Of a DNA stretch of 64,000 bases, positions 38,387 through 47,141 are shown in pieces. The DNA lies in the NCBI GenBank assembly GCA_045805285.1, contig JBJMLN010000080.1:17705-81704 (forward strand), read 5' to 3'. The position numbers and the translations under genes were made by a program. Source of the stretch: Actinomycetota bacterium. Its GTDB lineage: Bacteria > Actinomycetota > UBA4738 > JBJMLN01. How positions within the stretch are numbered: position 1 is the stretch's first letter; every line of letters starts with the position of its first letter. The notes below the pieces were generated by a model. It did not search any database and was not told the DNA's origin. It was given only the letters and a program-made list of their open reading frames with translations.

Positions 38387-39075
38387 CGGCCGATCGGGAG
38401 ACGATCCTCGCGAACCTCGACGCGATCCGCGACGGCATCGCGGAGACGGCGAAGCGCTCCGGCCGCGCGGCGAGCGACGTCCGTCTCGTCGCGATCGGCA
38501 AGACCGTCGCGGCTGACGCGATCTCCTGCATCGTGGAAGCGGGCGTGAAGGACGTCGGCGAGAACTACGTCAAGGAGCTCGGCGAGAAGCGCGACGCTGT
38601 CCCCGGCATCACATGGCACTACGTGGGCGCGCTTCAGAGCCACACCGCACACCTCGTGGCCGAGGACGCCGATGTCGTCCACACGCTCGCTCCGGGGCGG
38701 GCGATCGAGCGGCTCTCCCGCCGCGCCGAGGCCGCCGGGAAACGTCTTCCGGGCCTCGTCCAGGTGGACTTCACCGGCGCCCGCAACGGGGCCTCGCCGG
38801 AGGAGCTCCCGGCGCTCGCCGACGATGTGGCGGAGCTTCCGGGCCTCGAGCTCGCCGGCCTGATGACCCTCCCGCCGATGCCGGAGGAGCCCGATGACAC
38901 CCGCCCGTACTTCGCGCGGCTCCGAGATCTCCGGGACAAGCTCGCGGACACCCATCCTGGCCTGCGTGAACTCTCGATGGGAATGTCCCTCGACTACCGA
39001 GTTGCCATAGAGGAAGGCGCTACCATGGTGCGGGTCGGAACGGCCCTATTCGGAGCGCGACCGCACCCGATGTAG
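38383..39075 (+). CDS. YggS-family pyridoxal-phosphate homeostasis protein
   Basis: Alanine-racemase N-domain fold with VRLVAIGKT (PLP-Lys), HYVGALQSH…and SMGMSLDY. GTGA overlap with pgeF. Confidence 0.85.
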   Translation: MTADRETILANLDAIRDGIAETAKRSGRAASDVRLVAIGKTVAADAISCIVEAGVKDVGENYVKELGEKRDAVPGITWHYVGALQSHTAHLVAEDADVVHTLAPGRAIERLSRRAEAAGKRLPGLVQVDFTGARNGASPEELPALADDVAELPGLELAGLMTLPPMPEEPDDTRPYFARLRDLRDKLADTHPGLRELSMGMSLDYRVAIEEGATMVRVGTALFGARPHPM

Positions 39076-39085
39076 GGAGGAGACG

Positions 39086-39568
39086 ATGCCAGGCGTGTGG
39101 AAGAAGACATTGACCTACCTCGGCTTGGTCGAGGACGAGGACTACGACGAGCTCGACGAGGTCTCGGTCGAAGGCCGCGCAGAGCCCGCTCCCGTTCGCC
39201 GGATCGCGCGGGCCGAGCCGGTCCCCGAGATGACGACGGAGCCCCGGATGGAGGGGATCGTCCGGACGATCCCGACGCCGCGCCCCTCCGGCTCCTCGAT
39301 CCACAAGTCGGAGCCGAAGCGGTTCAACGAGGCGCGCGAGATCGCCGACCGTTTCAAGAACGGGATCCCCGTGATCATGAACCTCCAGGGGACCGACGAC
39401 GCGGTCGCGCGGCGGCTCGTCGACTTCGCGTCGGGATTGGTCTACGGGCTCGACGGCAAGATCGAGATGGTGGCGAACCGCGTGTACCTGCTGACGCCCC
39501 AGGACATGGAAGTGTCGGCGGAGGAGCGGGAACGGATCGCGGGCGGCGGCTTCTACAACCAGTTCTGA
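39086..39568 (+). CDS. sepF: cell division protein SepF
   Basis: Conserved SepF C-domain (FNEAREIADRFKNGIPVIMNLQGTDDAVARRLVDFASGLVYGLDGKIEMVANRVYLLTP). Confidence 0.9.
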   Translation: MPGVWKKTLTYLGLVEDEDYDELDEVSVEGRAEPAPVRRIARAEPVPEMTTEPRMEGIVRTIPTPRPSGSSIHKSEPKRFNEAREIADRFKNGIPVIMNLQGTDDAVARRLVDFASGLVYGLDGKIEMVANRVYLLTPQDMEVSAEERERIAGGGFYNQF

Positions 39569-39614
39569 TCCCGATCCGAGCGAACCGAATCGGACGAGCG
39601 ACGGGAGCGCGAGC

Positions 39615-39884
39615 ATGATCGCGGTCTGCTACGCGCTCTCGATCTACCGGTTCATCCTGTTGATCCGGATCCTTGCGACGTGGTTCCCTCCACCGCGCTA
39701 CGGAAGCCCGCTGCGGCCGGTGCTCGACTTCATGATCGACATCACCGACCCGGTGCTTCGTCCGATACGCAACATGGTGCCGCCGGTCAACGCCGGAGCG
39801 ATGGCTGTCGACCTCTCGCCGATCATCGTCTTCGTCCTTCTGACCGTCATCCAAACTGCGATAGGGTGTGGAGTCTTGTTCTAG
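39615..39884 (+). CDS. YggT-family membrane protein
   Basis: 89 aa, two TM helices, YggT signature (…IYRFILLIRILATWFPP…) in the conserved position after sepF. Confidence 0.8.
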   Translation: MIAVCYALSIYRFILLIRILATWFPPPRYGSPLRPVLDFMIDITDPVLRPIRNMVPPVNAGAMAVDLSPIIVFVLLTVIQTAIGCGVLF

Positions 39885-39892
39885 GGGGAGCC

Positions 39893-40843
39893 ATGAGGAA
39901 GAAGAAGACCGAGGACGAGGCCGCCCCGACGGCGCAACCCCAGAACCGGCAGCGGCTGACGCCTGCCGACATCCAGCAGGCGGAGTTCCGTCTCTCCATG
40001 CGCGGCTACAACGAGCGCGAGGTCGACGAGCTCCTCGACCGGCTGACCGAGGACTGGGGCGTCGTACTCGAGGAGAACAAGCGTCTCCGTGACGGTGTGT
40101 CGATTTCCGCTCCGGCGTCCGACACCGCCGTCGCAGACGCGAAGCGCGAGGCGGAGGCGATCCTCGCCAAGGCGCGGCAGGACGCGGCGGAGATCGTTCG
40201 CAACGCCTCCCAGCAGACGAGCGCTCCGGTCACTTCGCCCGCCGGCGCCGCCGAGGTGGCGGCCGTGTCGGCGTTCCTCACGAAGGAGCGTGACTTCCTC
40301 CAGAGTCTCGGGAGGCTCGTCCAGGGTCACGCCGAGTCGGTCAAGTCGATGGCGCAGAGCTCGAAATCCGCCGAGACGAGACAGGACTCGAGGCCCGCGG
40401 CGGCCGCAGCGCCCTCCGCTCCGGCCGCCCAAGCCCCGCCGAAGCCTCCGGCGCGCCCGCCCTCCGCTCAGCCGAAGCCGGCCGCCGACGCCGCTCCGAC
40501 GCAGACCGAGCGCAAGCCGTCCGAGCCCGCCCCTCCGCAGAAGACGCCGCAGACCACCGGGGCTCCGACGCAGCCGGTCGTCAAGATCGACGGGGAGGAG
40601 AACATCCCGCAGCCCGTCCCCCAGGCCAACGCGCCCACGGCGCAGCGCGCGCAGAGTTCGCCGCCCGCCTCGACTCCTGTTCCTGCTTCGGAGGCCGCGA
40701 AGCAGCAGCCTGCCGCGATCCGCATCCCCGAAGATGGAGGCGAGCGCGCTCCCGCGACGAGTGCCGCGGAGCGCAGCGGCGCCGCCTCCGAGGACCGCGA
40801 CGAAGAGCTGTCCTTGCGAGAGCTCTTCTGGGGAGACGAGTAG
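39893..40843 (+). CDS. divIVA: DivIVA-domain protein (Wag31-like)
   Basis: N-terminal DivIVA domain LTPADIQQAEFRLSMRGYNEREVDELLDRL then coiled-coil and an A/P/Q-rich linker. ATG 39893 has the RBS GGGGGAG upstream. The track ORF start 39680 overlaps yggT and is rejected. Confidence 0.85.
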   Translation: MRKKKTEDEAAPTAQPQNRQRLTPADIQQAEFRLSMRGYNEREVDELLDRLTEDWGVVLEENKRLRDGVSISAPASDTAVADAKREAEAILAKARQDAAEIVRNASQQTSAPVTSPAGAAEVAAVSAFLTKERDFLQSLGRLVQGHAESVKSMAQSSKSAETRQDSRPAAAAAPSAPAAQAPPKPPARPPSAQPKPAADAAPTQTERKPSEPAPPQKTPQTTGAPTQPVVKIDGEENIPQPVPQANAPTAQRAQSSPPASTPVPASEAAKQQPAAIRIPEDGGERAPATSAAERSGAASEDRDEELSLRELFWGDE

Positions 40844-40919
40844 GGCTCGAAACCCGCTGAACCGGTTCCGTGACTCCTCACGACGGGTCGGCGCGGGCCT
40901 CCTCTTAGAATCCTTCTCC

Positions 40920-43900
40920 ATGGCGAACGCGTTCGCGCCGTTACCGGACAAGCCCGATCATCCCTCGATCGAGCTCGAGGTCCTCGACCTCTGGGAGGAC
41001 GTGCGCACGTTCGACCGGCTCCGCGAGCGCAACGCCGACGGCCCGATCTGGAGCTTCATCGACGGACCCGTCACCGCGAACAAGACGCTCGCCGTTCACA
41101 CCGCATGGGGCAGGACCCTCAAGGACGTCTTCCAGCGCTATAAGGCACTCCGCGGATTCCATCAGCGCTACCAGAACGGCTTCGACTGCCAGGGGCTGTG
41201 GATCGAGGTGGGCGTGGAGCGCGAGCTCGGCTTCAACTCCAAGAAGGAGATCGAGTCCTACGGGCTCGCCGAGTTCGCCAAGCGCTGCCGCGAGAAGGTG
41301 ATCTGGTCCGCGGGGGAGCTGACGCGCGGCTCCAAGCGCCTCGGTCAGTGGATGGACTGGGGCAACGACTACTACACGTTCTCCGACACGAACATCGAGT
41401 ACATCTGGCGGTTCCTGAAGGTCATGCACGAGCGCGACTGGCTCTACCTCGGCCACCGCGCGACGGAGTGGTGCCCGCGGTGCGGCACGTCGATCTCCCA
41501 ACACGAGCTCTCCCAGAGCGACGTCTACCGAGACAAGACGGACCCCGCCGTGTTCGTCCGGCTCCCGCTCACCGATCGTCCGGGAGAGTCCCTCGTCGTC
41601 TGGACCACGACCCCGTGGACGCTCCCGGCGAACGTCGCGGCCGCCGTGAAGCCCGACGCGGAGTACGTCCTCACCGACGAGGGAGAGTGGGTCGCCCGCG
41701 CCCGGTTCCCGGACGCGACCGCCGTCAGGAGCGTGACCGGGGTGGAGCTCGTCGGCCTGGAGTACGAGGGCCCGTTCGACGAGCTGCCTGCCGCGTCGGG
41801 GGTCTCCCACCGCGTCGTTCCGTGGGACGACGTGACGCTCGACGAAGGAACCGGGATCGTGCACATCGCGCCGGGATGCGGCTCCGAGGACTTCGAGCTC
41901 TCCAAGGAGTTCGACCTCGACGTGTTGACCCCCGTCGACGAGGCGGGCCGCTTCTACGAGAGCTACGGCTGGCTCCACGGCCAAGGGACGGTGGAGTCCG
42001 CCGACCAGATCGTCGCGTACCTCACCGAGCGCGGCAAGATCCACGCCGCGGAGGAGATCGTCCACCGCTACCCGCACTGCTGGCGCTGTCAGACGCCGCT
42101 GATCTTCCGGCTCTCCGACGATTGGTTCATCGGCGTCGACGAGCTGCGGCCGACGCTCCTGGAGTCGAACGCGACGGTGCGCTGGGTCCCCGAGTACATG
42201 GGCAAGCGGATGGACGACTGGCTCCGCAACATGGGCGACTGGAACATCTCCCGTAAGCGCTACTTCGGACTTCCGCTGCCGTTCGACCCCTGCTCCTGCG
42301 GGCACCTCAACGTGATCGGATCTCGCACCGAGCTCGCGGAACGAGCGATCCGTGGGATCGAGCAGCTCGAGGAGCTCCACCGCCCGTGGATCGACGGCGT
42401 TGCGATCCGCTGCGAGGAGTGCGGCGAGGAGGTGGAGCGCGTCGTCGAGGTCGGCGACGTCTGGCTCGACGCCGGCATCGTTCCGTTCTCCACGCTCGGA
42501 TGGAACAACGCGGAGCGGATCCCCGGCGGCTACGCGACCGGTGCGTCGCGAGGTCTCTCCGGCGCGGACCTCCCGGACCACGCGTACTGGGAGGAGTGGT
42601 TTCCGGCCGACTGGGTCTCGGAGATGCGCGAGCAGATCCGGCTCTGGTTCTACTCCCAGCTCTTCATGGCGGTCGCGCTCACGGGCCGGGCCCCGTTCCG
42701 GGAGGTTCTCTGCTACGAGAAGATGCTCGACGAACGCGGCCAGGAGATGCACGGCTCCTGGGGCAACATGATCGAGGCGGAGGACGCGTTCGCGAAGATG
42801 GGCGCAGACGTGATGCGCTGGCAGTACTCCGCGCAGCCGCCGAACCAGAACCTCCTCTTCGGCTACGGCCCGGGGCGCGAGATCAAGCGGAAGCTCCTGA
42901 CGCTGTGGAACTCGGTGAGCTTCCTCGTCTCCTACGCGAACATCGCCGGGTTCGCGCCCGAATACGCGGACCTCGCGCGCGCGCCGGGCGGCGACGCCCC
43001 GGCACTCGACCGCTGGCTCGACGCGCGGACGTCCCGGCTCGTGGAGGAGGCCACCGCCGGCTACGAGGCGTCGCTCTCGTCGAACGTGATCCGCGCGTTC
43101 GAGTCGTTCCTCGACGACCTCTCCAACTGGTACATCCGCCGCTCGCGGAGGCGCTTCTACGACGACGGAGAAGACGCGCTCCGCGCGCTCTGGCGCTCAC
43201 TCGTGCAGGGGGTGCGCGTGGTCTCACCGATCCTGCCGTTCCTCGCAGAGCATCTCTGGCAGCGGCTCGTGACGACTGTCTGCGAGGGCGCCCCCGATTC
43301 CGTCTTCCTCGCCGGGTGGCCGGAGGCCCGCGCGTACGACGCCTCGCTCCTGTCCGAGATGGAGGAGACGCGCCGCGTCGTCGAGCTCGGCCGCCAGGCG
43401 CGCTCCGCGTCCGGACTCAAGGTGCGCCAGCCGCTCCGACAGCTGTTCGTGCGCGGGGCGCCGCTTGCCCGCAGCCACGCCGAGGAGATCCGCGACGAGC
43501 TCCGCGTGAAGTCGGTCGGCTTCGACGAGGGACCGGTCGCCGACGTCACGGTGAAACCGAATCTCCGCGTGCTCGGACCTCGGATCGGGCGGAAGATGGC
43601 CGACGTGCAGCGGGCGCTCCGAGAGGGAGAGTTCGAGGAGCTCGAGGGCGGTGCGATCTCCGTTGCGGGGGAGCGGCTCGGCCGCGAGGAGCTCCTCCGA
43701 GAGGAGCGCGTCTCGCTGGAGGGATGGTCGCTCGCGCACGAAGGATCGCTTTCCGTGGCGCTGGACACCACGCTCGACGACGAGCTTCGGCTGGAGGGCC
43801 GCGTCTACGACCGGATCCGCCAGGTCAACGAGATGCGCAAGGACGCGGGACTGGAGCTCACGGACCGCATCGCGCTGCGGCTGCCGGGTTCGGATGCGGA

Positions 43901-43997
43901 CCTCCTTGCGCACGCGGACTGGATCGCGCGCGAGGTGCTCGCCGTCGACGTCGACCTGGACGAGTCGATCGTCGAGCCGCGGATCGAGAAGGCCTGA
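40920..43997 (+). CDS. ileS: isoleucine--tRNA ligase (type 2, actinobacterial/eukaryote-like)
   Basis: HIGH-class motifs (PVTANKTLAVHTAWG), the KMSKS-equivalent region, and the CP1 editing domain. About 1025 aa from ATG 40920; the R/P-rich track extension from 40089 is rejected. Confidence 0.9.
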   Translation: MANAFAPLPDKPDHPSIELEVLDLWEDVRTFDRLRERNADGPIWSFIDGPVTANKTLAVHTAWGRTLKDVFQRYKALRGFHQRYQNGFDCQGLWIEVGVERELGFNSKKEIESYGLAEFAKRCREKVIWSAGELTRGSKRLGQWMDWGNDYYTFSDTNIEYIWRFLKVMHERDWLYLGHRATEWCPRCGTSISQHELSQSDVYRDKTDPAVFVRLPLTDRPGESLVVWTTTPWTLPANVAAAVKPDAEYVLTDEGEWVARARFPDATAVRSVTGVELVGLEYEGPFDELPAASGVSHRVVPWDDVTLDEGTGIVHIAPGCGSEDFELSKEFDLDVLTPVDEAGRFYESYGWLHGQGTVESADQIVAYLTERGKIHAAEEIVHRYPHCWRCQTPLIFRLSDDWFIGVDELRPTLLESNATVRWVPEYMGKRMDDWLRNMGDWNISRKRYFGLPLPFDPCSCGHLNVIGSRTELAERAIRGIEQLEELHRPWIDGVAIRCEECGEEVERVVEVGDVWLDAGIVPFSTLGWNNAERIPGGYATGASRGLSGADLPDHAYWEEWFPADWVSEMREQIRLWFYSQLFMAVALTGRAPFREVLCYEKMLDERGQEMHGSWGNMIEAEDAFAKMGADVMRWQYSAQPPNQNLLFGYGPGREIKRKLLTLWNSVSFLVSYANIAGFAPEYADLARAPGGDAPALDRWLDARTSRLVEEATAGYEASLSSNVIRAFESFLDDLSNWYIRRSRRRFYDDGEDALRALWRSLVQGVRVVSPILPFLAEHLWQRLVTTVCEGAPDSVFLAGWPEARAYDASLLSEMEETRRVVELGRQARSASGLKVRQPLRQLFVRGAPLARSHAEEIRDELRVKSVGFDEGPVADVTVKPNLRVLGPRIGRKMADVQRALREGEFEELEGGAISVAGERLGREELLREERVSLEGWSLAHEGSLSVALDTTLDDELRLEGRVYDRIRQVNEMRKDAGLELTDRIALRLPGSDADLLAHADWIAREVLAVDVDLDESIVEPRIEKA

Positions 43998-44065
43998 TCA
44001 GCGCCCTCGTAGCCGCCGTCGCCGGCGTTGCCGCACCCTGCGCCCGGTGCTAGGTTGCTCGCCTT

Positions 44066-44452
44066 ATGGCCACGAAAGCCCCCTTCTCGGAAAAGGAAAT
44101 GGACGAGTTCCGCGTGCGCCTGCAGGAGGAGCGCGCCGAGCTCGAGAAGCAGCTCACGACGATCGAGGAATCCTCCTTCTCGACGCCCCAGTCCGACCTC
44201 TCCGGAGAGGTCGCCTTCGACGAGGAGTACGCCGACGCGGGAACGGCCACGTTCGAGCGGGAGCGGGACCTCTCGATCGAGAACAACGTACGCGACCTCA
44301 TGGCGAAGATCGACGGCGCGCTCAAGCGCCTCGACCGGGGCACGTTCGGCATCTGCGTGCGGTGCGGCAAGCCGATCGAGAAGGCGCGGCTGAAGGCGCT
44401 CCCGTACGTGGAGCTCTGCATCAAGGACGCGCAGGCCCAGAACCGGCGGTAG
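44066..44452 (+). CDS. TraR/DksA-family C4-type zinc-finger protein
   Basis: Coiled-coil N-terminus and C-terminal C4 finger CVRCGKPIEKARLKALPYVELCIKD. Confidence 0.8.
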   Translation: MATKAPFSEKEMDEFRVRLQEERAELEKQLTTIEESSFSTPQSDLSGEVAFDEEYADAGTATFERERDLSIENNVRDLMAKIDGALKRLDRGTFGICVRCGKPIEKARLKALPYVELCIKDAQAQNRR

Positions 44453-44466
44453 CCCCCGGGCCCGCC

Positions 44467-44940
44467 GTGAAACGCAGAGCCCGCCTCACCGTCGTAGTCT
44501 TCGGCGTCGCCGCGGGCGCGTACCTCCTCGACCGGGTGACGAAGTGGCTCGTCGTGGACCGGCTCGCCGGTCGTCCGCCGCTGGAGGTGATCCCGGGCGT
44601 TCTGCAGTTCAACTACACGCAGAACTCCGGTGGCGCGTTCGGCCTGGGTGGGAGCGCCTCCTGGCTCTTCGCCGGCGCCACGATCGCCGTCTCGGTCGCG
44701 ATCGTCGCGCTCGCGTTCCGCGTGCGGCGGATGGGCGTCGCGATCGGGATGGGGCTCGTCCTCGGGGGCGGGCTCGGGAACCTCACGGACCGGATCGTCC
44801 GGGGGAGCGGCCTGTCGGGCCGGGTCGTCGACTTCATCGATCTCCGCGTCTGGCCGGTATTCAACGTTGCCGACGCCGCGATCGTCGTCGGGGCGATCCT
44901 GGTCGTGCTCTCGAGCGCCCGCGGATCACAGCGATCGTGA
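44467..44940 (+). CDS. lspA: lipoprotein signal peptidase II (LspA)
   Basis: 4-TM protein with LspA motifs (NSGGAFG; VVDFIDLRVWPVFNVADAAI with catalytic Asp residues). GTG 44467. Confidence 0.85.
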   Translation: MKRRARLTVVVFGVAAGAYLLDRVTKWLVVDRLAGRPPLEVIPGVLQFNYTQNSGGAFGLGGSASWLFAGATIAVSVAIVALAFRVRRMGVAIGMGLVLGGGLGNLTDRIVRGSGLSGRVVDFIDLRVWPVFNVADAAIVVGAILVVLSSARGSQRS

Positions 44941-45845
44941 GCGGCGAGCCGCCGTCCGAGCGAACGTTCGTGGCCGTCGCGGGGCGGCTCGACCGGGTGG
45001 CGGCGGAGGCCCTGGCCGTTCCGCGAGCCGAGGTGCAGCGCGCGATCGCCGACGAGCGACTCCTCGTGGACGGGCGGACTCGGCCGAAGTCGTTCCGTCT
45101 CGAAGGCGGCGAGCACGTGGAGCTCCGAGGGGCATCCATCGAGCTCGCGCCGGAAGGTCCTCCCGTGGAGATCCGGTTCGAGGACGACTTCCTGATCGTC
45201 GTCTCCAAGCCGCCGGGGGTCATCACGCATCCGACGCCCGCGAGGATGACGGGGACGCTCGTGAACCGGCTCCTCGGGATGGGGGAGCCGCTCGCGGCTG
45301 CCGGCGGTCCCCTTCGGCCCGGGATCGTGCACCGCCTCGACGCCGGGACCTCCGGCCTCCTCGTCGTCGCGAAGGACGACGAGACGTACGAGGGATTGCG
45401 CTCGATCATGCGACGCCACGACGCGCAGCGGACGTATGCGGCGCTCGTCCGAGGCCGGGTGGAGCACGAGCGGTTCGCCGTCGAGGCGCCCCTCGGACGG
45501 AGCGGACCGAGGATCCGCGTGCAACCCGGAAGCGGGCGCGAGGCGGAGACGCGCTTCGAGGTCAGAGAGCGCTTCGACCGCGCCACGCTCCTCGCCGCGA
45601 CGCCGCGGACGGGGAGGACGCACCAGATCCGGGTGCACCTCTCCGCGGTCGGACACCCGATACTCGGCGACGCCAAGTACGGCGGCGGCGGAGATCCCGC
45701 GACGGCGCTCCGGCTGACGCGTCCGTTCCTCCACGCCGCGCGTCTCGAGTTCACGCATCCGCGAACGGGAGAGGAGATCGACGTCTCCGACCCGCTGCCG
45801 GAGGATCTCCGTCGTGCGCTCCGGCGGATCGGGAGGGAGGACTGA
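44937..45845 (+). CDS. rluD: RluA-family pseudouridine synthase (RluD-like)
   Basis: S4-like N-terminus, catalytic HRLDAGTSGLLVVAK motif, and the RTHQIRVHL motif. GTGA overlap with lspA. Confidence 0.85.
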   Translation: MSGEPPSERTFVAVAGRLDRVAAEALAVPRAEVQRAIADERLLVDGRTRPKSFRLEGGEHVELRGASIELAPEGPPVEIRFEDDFLIVVSKPPGVITHPTPARMTGTLVNRLLGMGEPLAAAGGPLRPGIVHRLDAGTSGLLVVAKDDETYEGLRSIMRRHDAQRTYAALVRGRVEHERFAVEAPLGRSGPRIRVQPGSGREAETRFEVRERFDRATLLAATPRTGRTHQIRVHLSAVGHPILGDAKYGGGGDPATALRLTRPFLHAARLEFTHPRTGEEIDVSDPLPEDLRRALRRIGRED

Positions 45846-45864
45846 TCCGCCGGAGCACCGTCGC

Positions 45865-46992
45865 TCACGCTCGCGAGCGGGCCGGCTCCTTCAGGTAGAG
45901 CGCGTACTGCGTGCGGACCTCCTCGCGCGAGGCGAGGATCGCGTCCTCCACCTCGGGCGCGAGGCGCCGGCTCTCCACGAGGTCGTTCAGCTTCTTCGTG
46001 TCGACCGAGAGCACTCGCTCCCAGAGGCCCAGGGGCTCCAGGACCCGGCGGAGCGCATCCTCGTCCGGCTGCGTGACGTGTTGCCGGCGACGGTCGACGG
46101 CGGCGCCGTCGGAGCCGTAGAGGCGCCGGTAGTCGTGCTCCTGGCAGAACGCGTTGATGAGGCCCACGAGCTCGTCGATCCGTCGATAGACGTCGCGCCC
46201 CTGGCGCTTGAGCGAGATCCACTCGTCGACGAGCTCCGTCATGCGCGGCGCGGGGTCACCCTCCTCGCGCTCGTATCGATGCCGGAAGATCGGACAGAGC
46301 GCCTGGTAGTCGCACCAGTCGCACAGCGCGTTCTCCCGCGGATCGAACTTCCCGGCTGCGATGCGCTCCGCCACCGTGGCGATCCGCGAGCGCAGATCGT
46401 CCACGTCGGCGGGCGTCCGAGACGTCGTCATCCGCTGTCCCGGGAGCAGGTAGTAGAGCGTGAGCCGCTCGGGGTCGATGCCCCAGACCTCCCTCGCGGC
46501 GAGGTGGTAGATGGAGAGCTGGAGATCGCGCTCGATGCGCGAGAGCGGCGGCAGCCGCCGGTTCGTCTTGTAGTCGATGATCTCGTAGCCGCCGCCCGGG
46601 AGGCGATCCATCCGGTCGATCATGCCGTTCACCTGAACGCCCTCGATCTCGATCGAGAAGCGGAACTCCAACGCGACCGGGATGCGGTACTGGTCGGCGT
46701 TCTCGAGGTGGTACTGCACGAGCACCTGTCGCGCGTGATCGCGATACGTGCGCTCCTCGCTCGCGTTCCGGTAGCCGTCGGAGACCCACACGGCCTCGAG
46801 CATCTCCAGGAGTTCCTCCCGCGCCGGCGGGACGGGAACGGGCCGGTTGTGGAACAGCTGCAGCGCGCGGTGCAGCGAGTCGCCGAACGACAGGGCCGGA
46901 GACGGCCGCCGCGGAAGCCGGTCCTCGTAGGCGAACTTGAACTTGGCGGGACACGTTTCGTAGGTGTCGATGCTCGAGTACGAGAGCTTCAT
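45865..46992 (-). CDS. PD-(D/E)XK nuclease family protein (Cas4/RecB-like exonuclease with Fe-S cysteines)
   Basis: Motifs ETCPAKFKF (N-terminal Cys), …EIIDYKTN (D-x-K of PD-(D/E)XK), and the C-terminal CDWCDYQALCP cysteine cluster, as in Cas4/AddB-type nucleases. Divergent from dnaE1. Confidence 0.7.
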   Translation of the reverse strand: MKLSYSSIDTYETCPAKFKFAYEDRLPRRPSPALSFGDSLHRALQLFHNRPVPVPPAREELLEMLEAVWVSDGYRNASEERTYRDHARQVLVQYHLENADQYRIPVALEFRFSIEIEGVQVNGMIDRMDRLPGGGYEIIDYKTNRRLPPLSRIERDLQLSIYHLAAREVWGIDPERLTLYYLLPGQRMTTSRTPADVDDLRSRIATVAERIAAGKFDPRENALCDWCDYQALCPIFRHRYEREEGDPAPRMTELVDEWISLKRQGRDVYRRIDELVGLINAFCQEHDYRRLYGSDGAAVDRRRQHVTQPDEDALRRVLEPLGLWERVLSVDTKKLNDLVESRRLAPEVEDAILASREEVRTQYALYLKEPARSRA

Positions 46993-47141
46993 CCGGTGTC
47001 CTGTGGAAATCGCTGGGAGAACGTGTGGAAAAATAACACGCTTGTAATCCGCCGGGTCGGACCGTACACTCCTAATCCCCCGAGGGCAAGGAGAGTGGCC
47101 CGAGGGAGGAGTTCCCAGCGTCTGTACGGCCGGATCAGGGG

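Noticed and set aside
40844-40919. Possible T-box riboswitch upstream of ileS, as known for actinobacterial ileS
   Set aside because: Only 76 nt separate divIVA from ileS. I could not find the conserved T-box sequence (AGGGTGGNACCGCG) or a specifier/antiterminator arrangement. GGGTCGGCGCGGG is only a weak resemblance.
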